64,000 nt of DNA, taken from Macrostomum hystrix (taxonomy: Eukaryota; Animalia; Platyhelminthes). The notes below the pieces were generated by a model. That model had not been told where the DNA came from and searched no databases. It worked only from the letters and a program-made list of their open reading frames with translations. Made by a program: the position numbers and the translations under genes. Shown here piece after piece: positions 1 through 11,552 of this stretch. Each line of letters begins with the position of its first letter. Positions within the stretch are counted from its first letter, which is position 1. The DNA is taken from assembly GCA_950097015.1 (NCBI GenBank), contig CATNEN010000025.1:2914001-2978000 (forward strand). Direction: 5' to 3'.

Positions 1-749
1 ACCATCGTTTGAATCATGGCTAAACCAGAGTTTGAATCATGGCTAAACCAGGGTCTGAATCATGGCTAAACCAGATCTTGAATCATGGCTAAACCATCGT
101 TTGAATCATGGCTAAACCATCGTTTGAATCATGGCTAAACCATCGTTTGAATCATGGCTAAACCATCGTTTACATCATGGCTAAACCATCGTTTGAATCA
201 TGGCTAAACCAGAGTTTGAATCATGGCTAAACCAGGGTCTGAATCATGGCTAAACCAGATCTTGAATCATGGCTAAACAATTGTTTGAATCATGGCTAAA
301 CCAGAGTTTGAATCATGGCTAAACCATCGTTTGAATCATAGCTAAACCAGAGTTTGAATCATGGCAAAACCAGAGTTTGAATCATGGCTTAACCATCGTT
401 TGAATCATGGCTAAACCATAGTTTGAATCATGGCTAAACCAGAGTTTGAATCATGGCAAAACCAGATCTTGAATCATGGCTAAACAATTGTTTGAATCAT
501 GGCTAAACCATCGTTTGAATCATGGCTAAACCATCGTTTGAATCATGGCTAAACCATCGTTTGAATCATGGCTAAACCAGAGTTTGAATCATGGCTAAAC
601 CAGAGTTTGAATCATGGCAAAACCATCGTTTGAATCATGGCTAAACCATCGTTTGAATCATGGCTAAACCAGAGTCTGAATCATGGCTAAACCAGCGTTT
701 GAACCATGGCTAAACCAGAGTTTGAATCTTGGCTAACCCAGCGTTTGAA
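1..749. repeat. 23-bp minisatellite (TTGAATCATGGCTAAACCATCGT and variants), truncated by the window start
   Basis: About 32 head-to-tail 23-bp units. The constant part is GAATCATGGCTAAAC; the variable part is CATCGTTT / CAGAGTTT / CAGATCTT / AATTGTTT. Confidence 0.97.
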
Positions 750-756
750 AAATCAA

Positions 757-1137
757 CGTCAACTGGGGAGTCATCATCAAAATGGGGATCATGGTAAACT
801 GGGGGATAATCGTCAACTGGGGGATCGTGGTAAACTGGGGGATAATTGTCAACTGGGTGATCATTGTCAACTGGGGGGTCATTGTCAACTGGGGGATCAT
901 TGTCAACTAGGGGGAAATGGTCAACTGGGGGATAATCGTCAACTGGGGGATCATTGTCAACTAGGGGGAAATGGTCAACTGGGGGATAATCGTCAACTGG
1001 GGGATCATGGTAAACTGGGGGATAATTGTCAACTGGGGGATCATTGTCAACTGGGGGATCATCATCAACTAGGGGATCATCATCAACTGGGGGATCATTG
1101 TCAACTGGGGGATCATTGTCAACTGGGGGTTCATTGT
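757..1137. repeat. 18-bp G-rich minisatellite (TCAACTGGGGGATCATTG)
   Basis: About 21 tandem 18-bp units. This explains the 6-aa periodic ORFs 706..1155 and 710..1234. Confidence 0.96.
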
Positions 1138-1200
1138 AGCTATAAAAAGCTGTAAATTCAGCTGCTAAAAAGTATATACTAGACGAATTAAAAGTATTTC

Positions 1201-1230
1201 TGCTCCCCGAAGGGGGGCATAACTTGCTAG
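1201..1230 (+). mobile_element. Candidate Helitron-family 3' terminus (GC-rich hairpin followed by CTAG|T)
   Basis: TGCTCCCC-GAA-GGGGGGCA (1201-1219) forms an 8-bp stem with one G-T pair. It is followed by 7 nt, then CTAG (1227-1230) and T (1231). This matches the established Helitron 3' signature. The 5' end is not identified in the window. Confidence 0.5.
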
Positions 1231-2912
1231 TCAAATGTTCTATTGAGCGTTCACGTGTTTTACAAAGGGTTTAAAAATTTACCAAGCGCTTAACGTTTTA
1301 CCTAGCGTTCAAACTTTATCAGTCTTATCACAATCAGTGCCTTTATGACAAGATTGGAATAGAGAAACATGAGCCGAAGCGAAATCTTCAGACTGTCGAG
1401 GTTTTGACCAGTCAACAAGCGCATTCAGAACACCTTTGAGTCCGGACGCAAGCATATTTCAGTCGATAAATATAATCATTGAGATCTGTTTATAAGAGTG
1501 TCTTTACCACTGCCAGGTTTTACTATAATATGAGTATTAATAGCTCTTTAATAAATTTACTAAATTCATTCGTTGCCTCAAGGGAGTCGACTTTCTTGAC
1601 CAGGCGAAGCGAAAATGTTAATCTGGCACGCGCGATACAGAAACGCCACTACGCCTCAAGAATCGCACATCGATAAAATTGATTCTGAAGCCGCAGTCCA
1701 ATTGATTATTGCTTGGACTGGCACAGCTAGCGGGCTATTCTAGCTGCTGTTTAAAGTGCAAGTGCGCTCCCACAAATTAAAAAATATAAATATAAAAATG
1801 TAAAACAACACACTTCACACTACATTTTTATTGAATATAATGCTTCCCAGATAATCTATTGGCAATAAAATAAGTCTAAGTCGATTATAATTTCTACCGG
1901 AAGCGCATGAATAAAATCACATAATGCCTTCAAGCTACAAAAGTAATAAATAGATAAATGTTACTATATACTTTACAAGGCAACCCGATAATAAGAAAAT
2001 GTGTAGTTCAGTGACTGCAGCCTCGGACACAAAATCGAAAGGCTCGGAGCTCCAATTTTAGGTCGTTAACCCAGCTGTGAAATTGGTACCTGACTAAACA
2101 GCTGTAACTTGTGATTCGGTGTTACTTTGCTATGTATATTTTATGTGCAATACCAAAAATATTACTCTATTTATTGGTTTTTCGATTGACTTGACTGATT
2201 CGTAAAAAATATGTAACAGAAGATGTGGCCCGAAAATTGTCATCAAACGGATTTTAAATGTACATTTACTCTGCTTAATACCTAGCATCAGGTTGATAAA
2301 GGCTTACAGTCAAGCTGAAATCGATTCTAATCTTAAATCCGATCTAAATAATCCGTCAAGACCTTGTAGAAACCAGTTTCAATCAAATCAACAAAGAATT
2401 CCCATTTCTAAGCTAGACAATCAGTTTGGCAGCCTAAAGTCGCATCGGTTTAACCTACATTTCCGTTTTCTAGTGTAAGAGTCTCGTGACACGCACAAGA
2501 GACAGGGCGGAATTGCCTACTTGCTGGTTGGGGGTCGGCTCTCGCGAAATATTGCGCCACAGCCCCCAGGAAACATGATGGCTATTATTTGTTAGTGTAA
2601 AAAGCGAATATAAATATGAACCAGTGACTGCCAAGAAAAACTGCAAATCAAGCTAAAACTTCCTATATTACTCATAAAAGTAAATATGATAGAAATTGAA
2701 ATCTTCACTATTGTAAAAAATTATAGAAAAACTGTGAATATATCAAAATCTTGAGACTCGTTGGCGAGATTCTAGCAATAAAAAAATTGACAGCACCAAA
2801 TCATCAATATTGATGAATAAGAAAAAATGACAAAGACGGTGACAATAAAAAAGAATGAAATAACTGACAAAAACGTCACTCCTCGATACCTTATTGGACA
2901 GCAGCAACCAGT

Positions 2913-3389
2913 TTAGCAGTCAGCAGCACTGTCTCGCGCTGTCACCGGCGTCGCTTCATTGTCGACAGCGAGAAAAGCTGCCGTCTCCGACGCAGCCGCC
3001 TCCCAGCCAATCAGAGCGCGCCTAGCCGCCTCCGCCTGACGACGCAGGCAGGTGGCCACAGCGGCTCGCAGCTCCTGATAGCAGCGCCGGTCCGAGCGAA
3101 GCAGCTCCCGTTTGGCGGCTTGCGACACGGCCTCGAATGCGAGCTGGCGACGTTCGACTTCGTCTTCGAGAGCCTCAAGCTCGGCCGGCTGGGGACCGCT
3201 AGCCGATCGGCCGGAGATCTGAGCTCGAACCCGGGCCTCCCGACGCTTGTTCAGGGCCATCTCGGCTTCCGCCAGGGCTCGCCGCGAGCGCGCTCGCTCA
3301 GTGAGACAGTCGCGCTGGCCAGACAGGCCGCTGCAGAGATCGTCCAGCAGATCGCAGAGTTCCAGCTCTTCCGCTTCCGCCTGGGAATG
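2913..3389 (-). CDS. SNX1/2: SNX1/2-like sorting nexin, coding exon 3 (rest of BAR domain, stop TAA)
   Basis: Encodes HSQAEAEELELCDLLDD...ERAR...FEAVSQAAKRELLR...GWE, which matches the SNX1/2 BAR C-terminal pattern. Acceptor atgcag|CAT was chosen for two reasons: it is the first AG after a TTGAC branch-like site (3425-3421), and it gives a gap-free fit to SNX1 as I recall it. In-frame alternative exon starts exist at 3428 and 3380. Confidence 0.85.
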   Translation of the reverse strand, partial: HSQAEAEELELCDLLDDLCSGLSGQRDCLTERARSRRALAEAEMALNKRREARVRAQISGRSASGPQPAELEALEDEVERRQLAFEAVSQAAKRELLRSDRRCYQELRAAVATCLRRQAEAARRALIGWEAAASETAAFLAVDNEATPVTARDSAADC

Positions 3390-3422
3390 CTGCATCGATT
3401 GGAACGGTTGGGCGCAGCAGGT

Positions 3423-3926
3423 CAAGGTCTAGCTCTGGGCATCTGGGAGTCGACGGTCTAGCTCTGGGGATCTGGGAGTCGAAGGTCTAGCTCTGGGGAT
3501 CTGGGAGTTAAAGGTCTAGCTCTGGGGATCTGGGAGTTAAATGTCTAGCTTTGGGGATCTGGGAGTTAAAGGTCTAGCTCTGGGGATCTGGGAGTTAAAG
3601 GTCTAGCTTTGGGGATCTGGGAGTTAAAGGTCTAGCTTTGGGGATCTGGGAGTTAAAGGTTTAGCTTTGGGGATCTGGGAGTTGAAGGTCTAGCTTTGAG
3701 GGTCTGGGAGTTGAAGGTTTAGTTTTGGGGATCTGGGAGTTGAAAGTCTAGATGTGAGGATCTGGGAGTTGAAAGTCTAGCTTTGAGGATCTGGGAGTTG
3801 AAAGTCTAGATGTGAGGATCTGGGAGTTGAAAGTCTAGCTTTGAGGATCTGGGAGTTGAAAGTCTAGATGTGAGGATCTGGGAGTTGAAAGTCTAGATGT
3901 GAGGGTCTGGGAGTTGAAGGTTTAGC
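3423..3926. repeat. 29-bp minisatellite (GAAGGTCTAGCTYTGGGGATCTGGGAGTT) in SNX intron 2
   Basis: About 17 tandem units filling roughly 85% of the 590-bp intron (3390-3979). Confidence 0.96.
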
Positions 3927-3979
3927 TGTGTTTTAGCATCTAAGAACGCACCAAGATAACTTAGGCCAAATGTAATTAC

Positions 3980-4201
3980 CTGGAACTGACACAAGCCGGC
4001 CAGGGTCTCTGACATGCGATTTAGAGCCAAGCCAAGCCCAGCATCTGGCTGCGCCGCGGCCAATCGGTTGAGATTCTCGGCCAGCCGGCTATTCTGGCCG
4101 GCGTAGGCGCGCCTCTGTCCGGCCACGGAGTCGAGACAGGCGCGCAGCCGGCCAAAGCGACCAGCGGCGTCGTCTAATTCGTCGTAGCGATCGGCGAACC
4201 A
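3980..4201 (-). CDS. SNX1/2: SNX1/2-like sorting nexin, coding exon 2 (start of BAR domain), 74 codons
   Basis: Acceptor ttgtatttcatttcaacag|TGG and donor CAG|GTAATT; 222 nt, phase 0 at both ends. Splicing to exon 1 gives ETDE|WF, matching the conserved D-x-WF at the start of the SNX1/2 BAR domain. The exon encodes WFADRYDELDDAAGRFGRL...ALNRMSETLAGLCQFQ. Confidence 0.88.
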
Positions 4202-5083
4202 CTGTTGAAATGAAATACAACAGTTATGAAATATGAAAGAAATTTTACAACTATTTGAACTGAAACATTAGGGAATTAAGAGTCTTGCTCAAGGACACGA
4301 TATTTCTTGGGTTGAGAAATCATGTATTTTAAAAGTACATTTTGAAGCAAAAACACAAGAATTCTATTACATAACTGCTTCCATACTAATGAGGAAAATA
4401 AATTTATTGCATTTAATAAATAACTGAAAATAAATAACACCTGTACAGACAGTCTGACGGGCCCAGAGCGTTAGAAATGCAACTGAGCCCTTGCTCGTGT
4501 CTGCTAATAGATATACTGTAGCGCCCAGCCAATCAGCAAGCCCGAGCAGTGATATGAATTTATCGATTGATTTCATCCTCAAACAGATAAGAATGGCCAA
4601 TAAAACTAGATTCCCACTGTAGCCATCTGTTCGAATGGTTGACGCAAAAAACTGACACGTTAACCTAGAGAACAGAAAGCAAGCCGGAGCGCCATTCTCG
4701 CCTGCTTGAATTGATTCACTGTCGAGCTAGGTTCACGGGCGGCTGGTTCAAACCCGCAGATTTTATAATTTGCTAGAGAAACTGTCTATTTTCGCATTTC
4801 CTCACAACAGCAGTGCTTGCCTTTTACTCTGTGGCTTCTTACGGTATGAAGTTATTGCGAGGTTTATTGGCAATATAATCAAGCTCACCTAACTTTGAAA
4901 GTTCGGGATAATACTGCAATCCCAACACATTTCCCACAGGATTTAACAATCATTCATGCTTACTAATCGCGCAGCCAGTAATCTCTATCTAAATTAAAAA
5001 AAAAGACACAGTGCTCAGGTAAACGCCTCGTCAACTAATTAGTACCTATAACCTAGTCTTCAGACGATTACTTCGCGACGCAC

Positions 5084-5776
5084 CTCGTCTGTTTCCTCGT
5101 CCGCCGCAGCAGCCGCAGCGCCGCCCAAGGCAGCCATCGAGTCGCCAATGGACGCAGCCAAGGCTCGCACGGCTCCGACGCCGGTAGCAGGCGGCGTTGG
5201 CGCTTCGCGTCCCTCCAAGAAGTCAAGCAGCTCCCGGCTGTTCTTCAGATCGGGATGCTCGACGCATCGCTCTAGAAATCTGGCCAGCCGAGCCCGGCGA
5301 CGATCGGCGAAGCTTACGGTGTGCTGTACAGCCGTAGACTGAGCCGACGCGTTGCTGGCACCGTCGTTGGAGCTGAAAATGCGGGCCCGGGCGGCCTCGG
5401 TCAATGGTCGATCCGGCGGTCGGGCCGGCAGCACGACGCAAAATTTGGCGTAGCCGTCGCGTAGGCGACCCCAGAGATTGACAAAGTCAACAAAACGGCG
5501 ATCAACTGAACCTTCCGTATTGGCGAACTGGGGCAGATTAGTGCGATAGGCGACAGTGTATACTGCCTGGGTCACGTGGCCACCAGCGGGAACCACACCT
5601 GGTCCAATCTGGACTGAGAGAAATTGCTGTGCCGCAGCATTTGTATCAGGTGAGGTGGCAGGCGATGAAGCCACCATGCGGTGCTTCTCCAGTTGCAGAG
5701 TTGGTGGCTGGTGTTTCTCAGCAGAATTTTTTGCGTCATTAGCAACTGGAGCTGGGGTGCTTGATGCATCAGACAT
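5084..5776 (-). CDS. SNX1/2: Sorting nexin, SNX1/2 (Vps5)-like PX-BAR protein, coding exon 1 (PX domain and amphipathic helix), 231 codons
   Basis: PX motifs VYTVAYRTNLPQF...VDRRFVDFVNLWGRL, LPARPPDR and RRRARLARFLERCVEHPDL...DFLE. ATG at 5776 has an in-frame upstream TGA. Donor GAG|GTGCGT at 5084/5083, phase 0. Confidence 0.9.
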
Positions 5777-8700
5777 GTTTCAAGGAACTGCAAGTTTTTC
5801 AAAGACAATTTTTGTACTGTCCTAACTAAATAAAGCAGATGTTTTTTTCTAGTCAGCTTGTGCTATTTATTTCCGCAAGGGCCAGCTTCCAAGGCACAGT
5901 TAAAGTGTATTGCACCACCTGATAATGAAAAATTCTGGGCACATGTACACCCCTGTAAGTGTGAACCTGCTTTAGTATCAATTTATATGTCAACAGGAGT
6001 CAGCAGAATGGGCAGAATTGTGTTACTGCTGGCTGCAGGTTCAATGCCACAAAAACATTATATTATGAAGTGTGCTTAACATTTATTTTAAACCATAATA
6101 CTTGAAAATCAAAAGAAAGGACAAGCTACTATCATAAAAGTCAGTATTTCTCCATTGTCTTATGAATCAATGTTTTAAATAGATTGGAAGCTTTGAAAAA
6201 ACTAAAAATAAAGATTCTAATATATCCAGACCTTATGAATTGATAGTAAATGACACAAAATATCTTACTAGCTAACACATGTATGATACATATATACTGA
6301 CTATACCACTCAGATACTATCAATCTTAATATAGCAAAAATTAGAATTGTAAATAACACAAACTGTCAATTCTGCTCAGTTAAATTTTTTAGTTCTATTT
6401 TATGTTATAGTCAAGTGCTTCAACAGGTAACACTAAGATAAATTTTATTAACTTTCCTTTAAAATTCATATCATATCTATTCATATCTAGATTCATAAAT
6501 GTGTAAACCTTTAAGATTTCACATGATTTGGCTAATCAGTAATTATTTAAGAGATAATTTGTCTCCATATTCACTTTTTATATCAACTACACTACATAGT
6601 TAGCAAAAAATACAAATTTCTAGTTTTATTAAATTTCTTATGTCTTGTATAAGCAGTGCCTAATTAAACTAACAAACAGTAGAAAAGTATAATTTTTTGT
6701 ATACATTATGCTTTTTATTTTATTCTTGACCATGATCCCAGTTCTTAGCTTTGCTATGAATAGAGTAGTAGGTAACTTTATAAAAAAACTAATTGTTAAA
6801 GAAAACCTTCAAAATTGGTCACAGACCAGTTACTAAAGAACTCTACAGCTAAAAAATAATGTTTGATAGAATTAAAATCTATATATTGTTACAATTTAGA
6901 TTGAGCATTTTTGTAACTGTTCATTGAAAAAAATAATATAATGAATTAAAAAAAACAAATGTGTAACTGGTTTAATAGTTATAAATTAAATAAAGTATCT
7001 ATACAGAGTATTACAATGTCATATTATTAAAGTAGGGTGTTTTTTAAACTTGCCTTTTGCCAAAAAAAACATTTCAAATATATTTACTGTAATGTATATC
7101 TTCAAATATATAGGCCTACAGTTTAAATCAAATATATAAATCCTCCTATATAAAAGTAGGAGTCTTCTTAGTAAGGAAATCAACTTTCCAATGTGGCATA
7201 AAAAATTAAAATATAGTTGCACTGTTGGGCTAAACAGTAAAGTGATATTGAAAAGGTCTTCCAACCTGTTCTATTTTCTGTTCAAGATTGAGGTTGTGAC
7301 CCTCCAGTCCAGGAGAGCCCTGAAGACTGAGAGTGAGATATTGGTGAAAGCCTTAGAAGGAGACCATTTGGCAATATTCTACTTCCGTTCGTTATATTAT
7401 TTCTCCTCAAATAGCTTTGATCATTTGTGCTTAAGAGTCACTACCATTAGAGTAGTAAGCCCGAGGAGATAAGAATCGTGGAGATTAAAAGTTAAAACAG
7501 CCCATTTCAGGGCCACCTGCTTGAGGCATAGGGAAATACATGCAGAACTAAGAGAGGAAGAAGGAATAAGATCCACCTGACTGATATGCTAGACCAATAG
7601 AAATAAAGATAGAGTGATAAGCCCTGTTACATTATATAATGTCATAATGTTAGGCCAATAAATGGAACTACATCATAGCCCATGGTCACTTTAAGCTCGA
7701 CTTGACAAAATTATTTTTTGAGGCAAAAATATTTTATTTTTACTTAACTTTTTACTAGATTATTTTGTCATTTATACCGTATTTATGTATTTCTCATTAA
7801 TGTATAAGGTCAGTTTACTAGAAAAAATGTTACCAGAGATGCTTGTCTTGGCTTCAATCGTGCCAATTACTTACCTAGGATAAACACGCACATATAACCC
7901 TAGTGAAACAAGATACTGACTTGCTTACTTTTCGTATGTATGTTTCCGGATTGCAAACAGATGCTCACAAAAAGTTGAATTTTACCGAGCAGTAAACCTT
8001 AACAAATAAATATTGTCTAAAAGTGAAGCATTCATATTTTTTATTTAATTTAAAGCATTTTTATTATATGTCTTTTTTATTTGCCTTTGAATTGGCAGAC
8101 CATTTCCATTTCGTGTGATCCGTTTTAAAAATTGCGTTTTTGGGTCAGTGTTATTATAATTCATGTGTACTATAAATTCTGTTTTAACTTTTTTCTGCTG
8201 GAATTTATTATTGTCTTGCTAATAGTAAGAAAAAAAATTTAATGTCTACTTTTTTTGTGCACCTTTTTGATTAATCATTAAAACTTTATTATTACCATTG
8301 AATGGAAAAGGAGAACTGACTCCCAAGAAAATATTCATGAATTAACAAGCACTCACACGTCTCCGCAAAATAATCTGAAAAAATTAATTAATTTTATTGT
8401 TAAAATTGAAATGACCTTGCTTTTTTTGTCTGTTGTGCAAGAAAAAGTAGATTGTACGAGTAATATATGCCTTGTTGAAGATGGCTATATAATTCTATGA
8501 GCTATGCACAGAGCGGCCACACAATCATGTACATTTCTGGCTAAATTTGCGCAGCATAGGTCGGCTGAAAAAAACATAATAGAGCGTGCATAGTACTGGA
8601 AAGCGATTTCCCTCTAACCCTGTATTCATATATAGCCTTGGGTGTATAACCAACCAATGCATGCATTCACAATTGCGCGGCAATCTCTCTCTCCCTAGTT

Positions 8701-9245
8701 TTTTATTCGTTGGTCCGCAGTCATTTAAGTATGTTCAGTCCTCCTTAGGAGGTGTCTTCTTCACAGAGGCCCGCGTTCTTTCTCCCCCAAGGCCAGGCAC
8801 ATGCACGAGCGCCGTGCTAGCGAATAGAGACAAGTCCATTGACAGAGTGCACACCCGAGCACCACTCGACTTTACGAGCGTAGTTGCTTTTTTCTTGCCC
8901 GAGTTGGTAACCGAAAGGGCAAAAGGCTACAGTTTTAAAAGTACGAGCTGGGATTTAAGAAAAAAATTCGTTGCAGTCGAATTGGAGACTGTGCTAGTTG
9001 ATTAAAGTGGTTTGGCAGAGACTGCCGATGCTTTAGATCATTAGCAACCCACGGCATTTTTCCGGTAGCGAAAAAAGCGTCGTCAATTATAGACAGGTAC
9101 TATAATATTTTCTTTTTGTTTCTCTAAAATTTCTATAAATTTCGAGTTTATATCTAGGATTTTTACATCAAGGAGCTGAAAGTCTCAATTTTAATATCAG
9201 TTTCCTATAATGGTCTAGCATTAAGGATTTGGTAATTATAATATA

Positions 9246-10080
9246 AGTTGAAGGTCTAGCTTTGGGGATCTGGGAGTTGAAGTTCTATAGCTTTGAGGGT
9301 CTGGGAGTTGAAGGCTTAGCTTTGAGGGTCTGAGAGTTGAAGTTCTAGCTTTGAGGGTCTGAGAGTTGAAGGTTTAGCTTTGAGTGTCTGGGAGTTGAAG
9401 TTCTAGCTTTGAGGGTCTGGGAGTTGAAGGTTCAGCTTTGAGGGTCTGGGAGTTGAAGGTCTAGCTTTGAGGGTCTGAGAGTTGAAGGTTTAGCTTTGAG
9501 TGTCTGGGAGTTGAAGGTCTAGCTTTGAGGGTCTGAGAGTTGAAGGTTTAGCTTTGAGTGTCTGGGAGTTGAAGTTCTAGCTTTGAGGGTCTGAGAGTTG
9601 AAGGTTTAGCTTTGAGGGTCTGGGAGTTGAAGGTTTAGCTTTGAGGGTCTGAGAGTTGAAGGTTTAGCTTTGAGGGTCTGAGAGTTGAAGGTTTAGCTTT
9701 GAGGGTCTGGGAGTTGAAGGTTTAGCTTTGAGGGTCTGAGAGTTGAAGGTTTAGCTTTGAGGGCCTGGGAGTTGAAGGTCTAGCTTTGAGGATCTAGGAG
9801 TTGAAGGTCTAGCTTTGAGGGTCTGGGAGTTGAAGGTCTAGCTTTGAGGATCTAGGAGTTGAAGGTCTAGCTTTGCTTTGGGGATCTGGGAGTTGAAGTT
9901 CTAGTTTTGAGGGTCTGGGAGTTGAAGGCTTAGCTTTGAGGGTCTGGGAGTTGAAGGCTTAGCTTTGAGGGTCTGGGAGTTGAAGGCTTAGCTTTGAGGG
10001 TCTGGGAGTTAAAGGCTTAGCTTTGAGGGTCTGGGAGTTAAAGGCTTAGCTTTGAGGGTCTGGGAGTTGAAGGTCTAGAT
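9246..10080. repeat. Second array of the same 29-bp minisatellite family (GAAGGTYTAGCTTTGAGGGTCTGRGAGTT)
   Basis: About 29 tandem units in the same orientation as 3423-3926. Some units are identical between the two arrays. Confidence 0.96.
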
Positions 10081-10183
10081 TCATCTTAGCACTTTTTTAG
10101 TGCAGTAAAAGGCTGCTGAATTTTTTCTGACTTCTTAGAAATTCAGTCTGTTTTTTTGCAGCACCTCTCGAAATCACACATAA

Positions 10184-10185
<2 letters not shown>

Positions 10186-10221
<36 letters not shown>
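10186..10221. repeat. (AC)18 microsatellite
   Basis: Uninterrupted AC run. Confidence 0.97.
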
Positions 10222-10223
<2 letters not shown>

Positions 10224-10551
10224 TCAAATCTATTTTCGGTCTGTGAATGTACTCAACGAGACCTCAACGAGATGAGATGACGCCTGAGGTATCTTAATCC
10301 TAATATCTATTGACAGCTCTAAGTACATATATGAGCACTTCATCTATACATATGGGATATTTTTATATCTTCATCGGCAATGCTACTCGTGCCTATAGAA
10401 GGTTATAAATTGAATGCTATAGTTATATGCTAGAACAATAATATTTGCATGGGCTGTGTTTTCACTGTCGCATTATCATTTTGGCGACTGCATGCTGTCG
10501 ACCAGCAGCCATCGAGAGAAAAGGTAATTCTGCCCTTCCGCTTTCCCAAAG

Positions 10552-11407
10552 CACACACACACACAGAACAGACAGACAGACTCTCAGGACAGACAGAACT
10601 TCAGGACAGAACAGGCAGACACACAGAACAGACAGACACACAGAACAGACAGAACTTCAGGACAGAACAGACAGACACACAGAACAGACAGAACTTCAGG
10701 ACAGAACAGACAGACACACAGAACAGACAGAACTTCAGGACAGAACAGACAGACACACAGAACAGACAGAACTTCAGGACAGAACAGACAGACACACAGA
10801 ACAGACAGAACTTCAGGACAGAACAGGCAGACAAACAGAACTGACAGACACACGGAACAAACAGAACTTCAGGACAGAACAGGCAGACACACAGAACAGA
10901 CAGACACACAGAACAGACAGAACTTCAGGACAGAACAGACAGACACACAGAACAGACAGAACTTCAAGACAGAACAGGCAGACACACAGAACAGACAGAC
11001 ACATGGAACAAACAGAACTTCAGGACAGAAGAGACAGACACACAGAACAGACAGAACTTCAGGACAGAACAGGCAGACACACAGAACAGGCAGACACACA
11101 GACAGACAGACACACAGAACAGACAGAACTTCAGGACAGAAGAGACAGACACACAGAACAGACAGAACTTCAGGACAGAACAGGCAGACACCCAGAACAG
11201 ACAGACACGCAGAACAGTCAGAACTTCAGGCGGAACAGAAAGACACACAGAGCAGTCAGAACTTCAGGCGGAACAGACAGACACACAGAACAGACAGAAC
11301 TTCAGGACAGAATAGGCAGACACACAGAACAGATAGACACGCAGAACAGTCAGAACTTTAGGACAGAACAGGCAGACACCTAGAACAGACAGACACAGAA
11401 CAGAACA
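10552..11407. repeat. 39-bp minisatellite (AGAACTTCAGGACAGAACAGACAGACACACAGAACAGAC)
   Basis: About 22 units, T-poor on the plus strand. This explains the 13-aa periodic ORFs (HTEQTELQDRTDR) on both strands. Confidence 0.95.
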
Positions 11408-11469
11408 ATCTCACTGTAGTTTTGGCGGTTGGTCGTTAAAAACCGAAATTTCAAGACAAAGCCTGCAAG

Positions 11470-11552
11470 CTGAAATGTGGCCTCGCCGCGGATTCGGGCT
11501 CAGGGACCTTGGTGCGAGAATAGGACGTGCTACAGCTGGGCCAATCTCACCC
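11470..11552 (-). mobile_element. Degenerate tRNA-derived SINE head
   Basis: The minus strand reads GGGTGAGATTGGCCCAGCTGTAGCACG...CCAAGGTCCCTGAGCCCGAATCCGCGGCGAGGC. It has an A-box-like TGGCCCAGCTG and a degraded B-box-like AGCCCGAATCC at tRNA-like spacing. No tail or TSD was identified. Confidence 0.35.

Noticed and set aside
4735-4760. B-box-like GGTTCAAACCC in SNX intron 1
   Set aside because: No A-box at the proper distance and no cloverleaf, so it is not supportable as a tRNA or SINE.
7190-7620. Possible decayed non-LTR retrotransposon 3' end (RTKRGRRNKIHLTDMLDQ)
   Set aside because: Only a vague resemblance, with several stops and frameshifts. It would need TBLASTX/HMM support.
8586-9100. 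139-aa ORF and a possible promoter or first exon (ACAG|GTACTA near 9096)
   Set aside because: No recognisable domain, and it cannot be assigned to a gene without transcript data.
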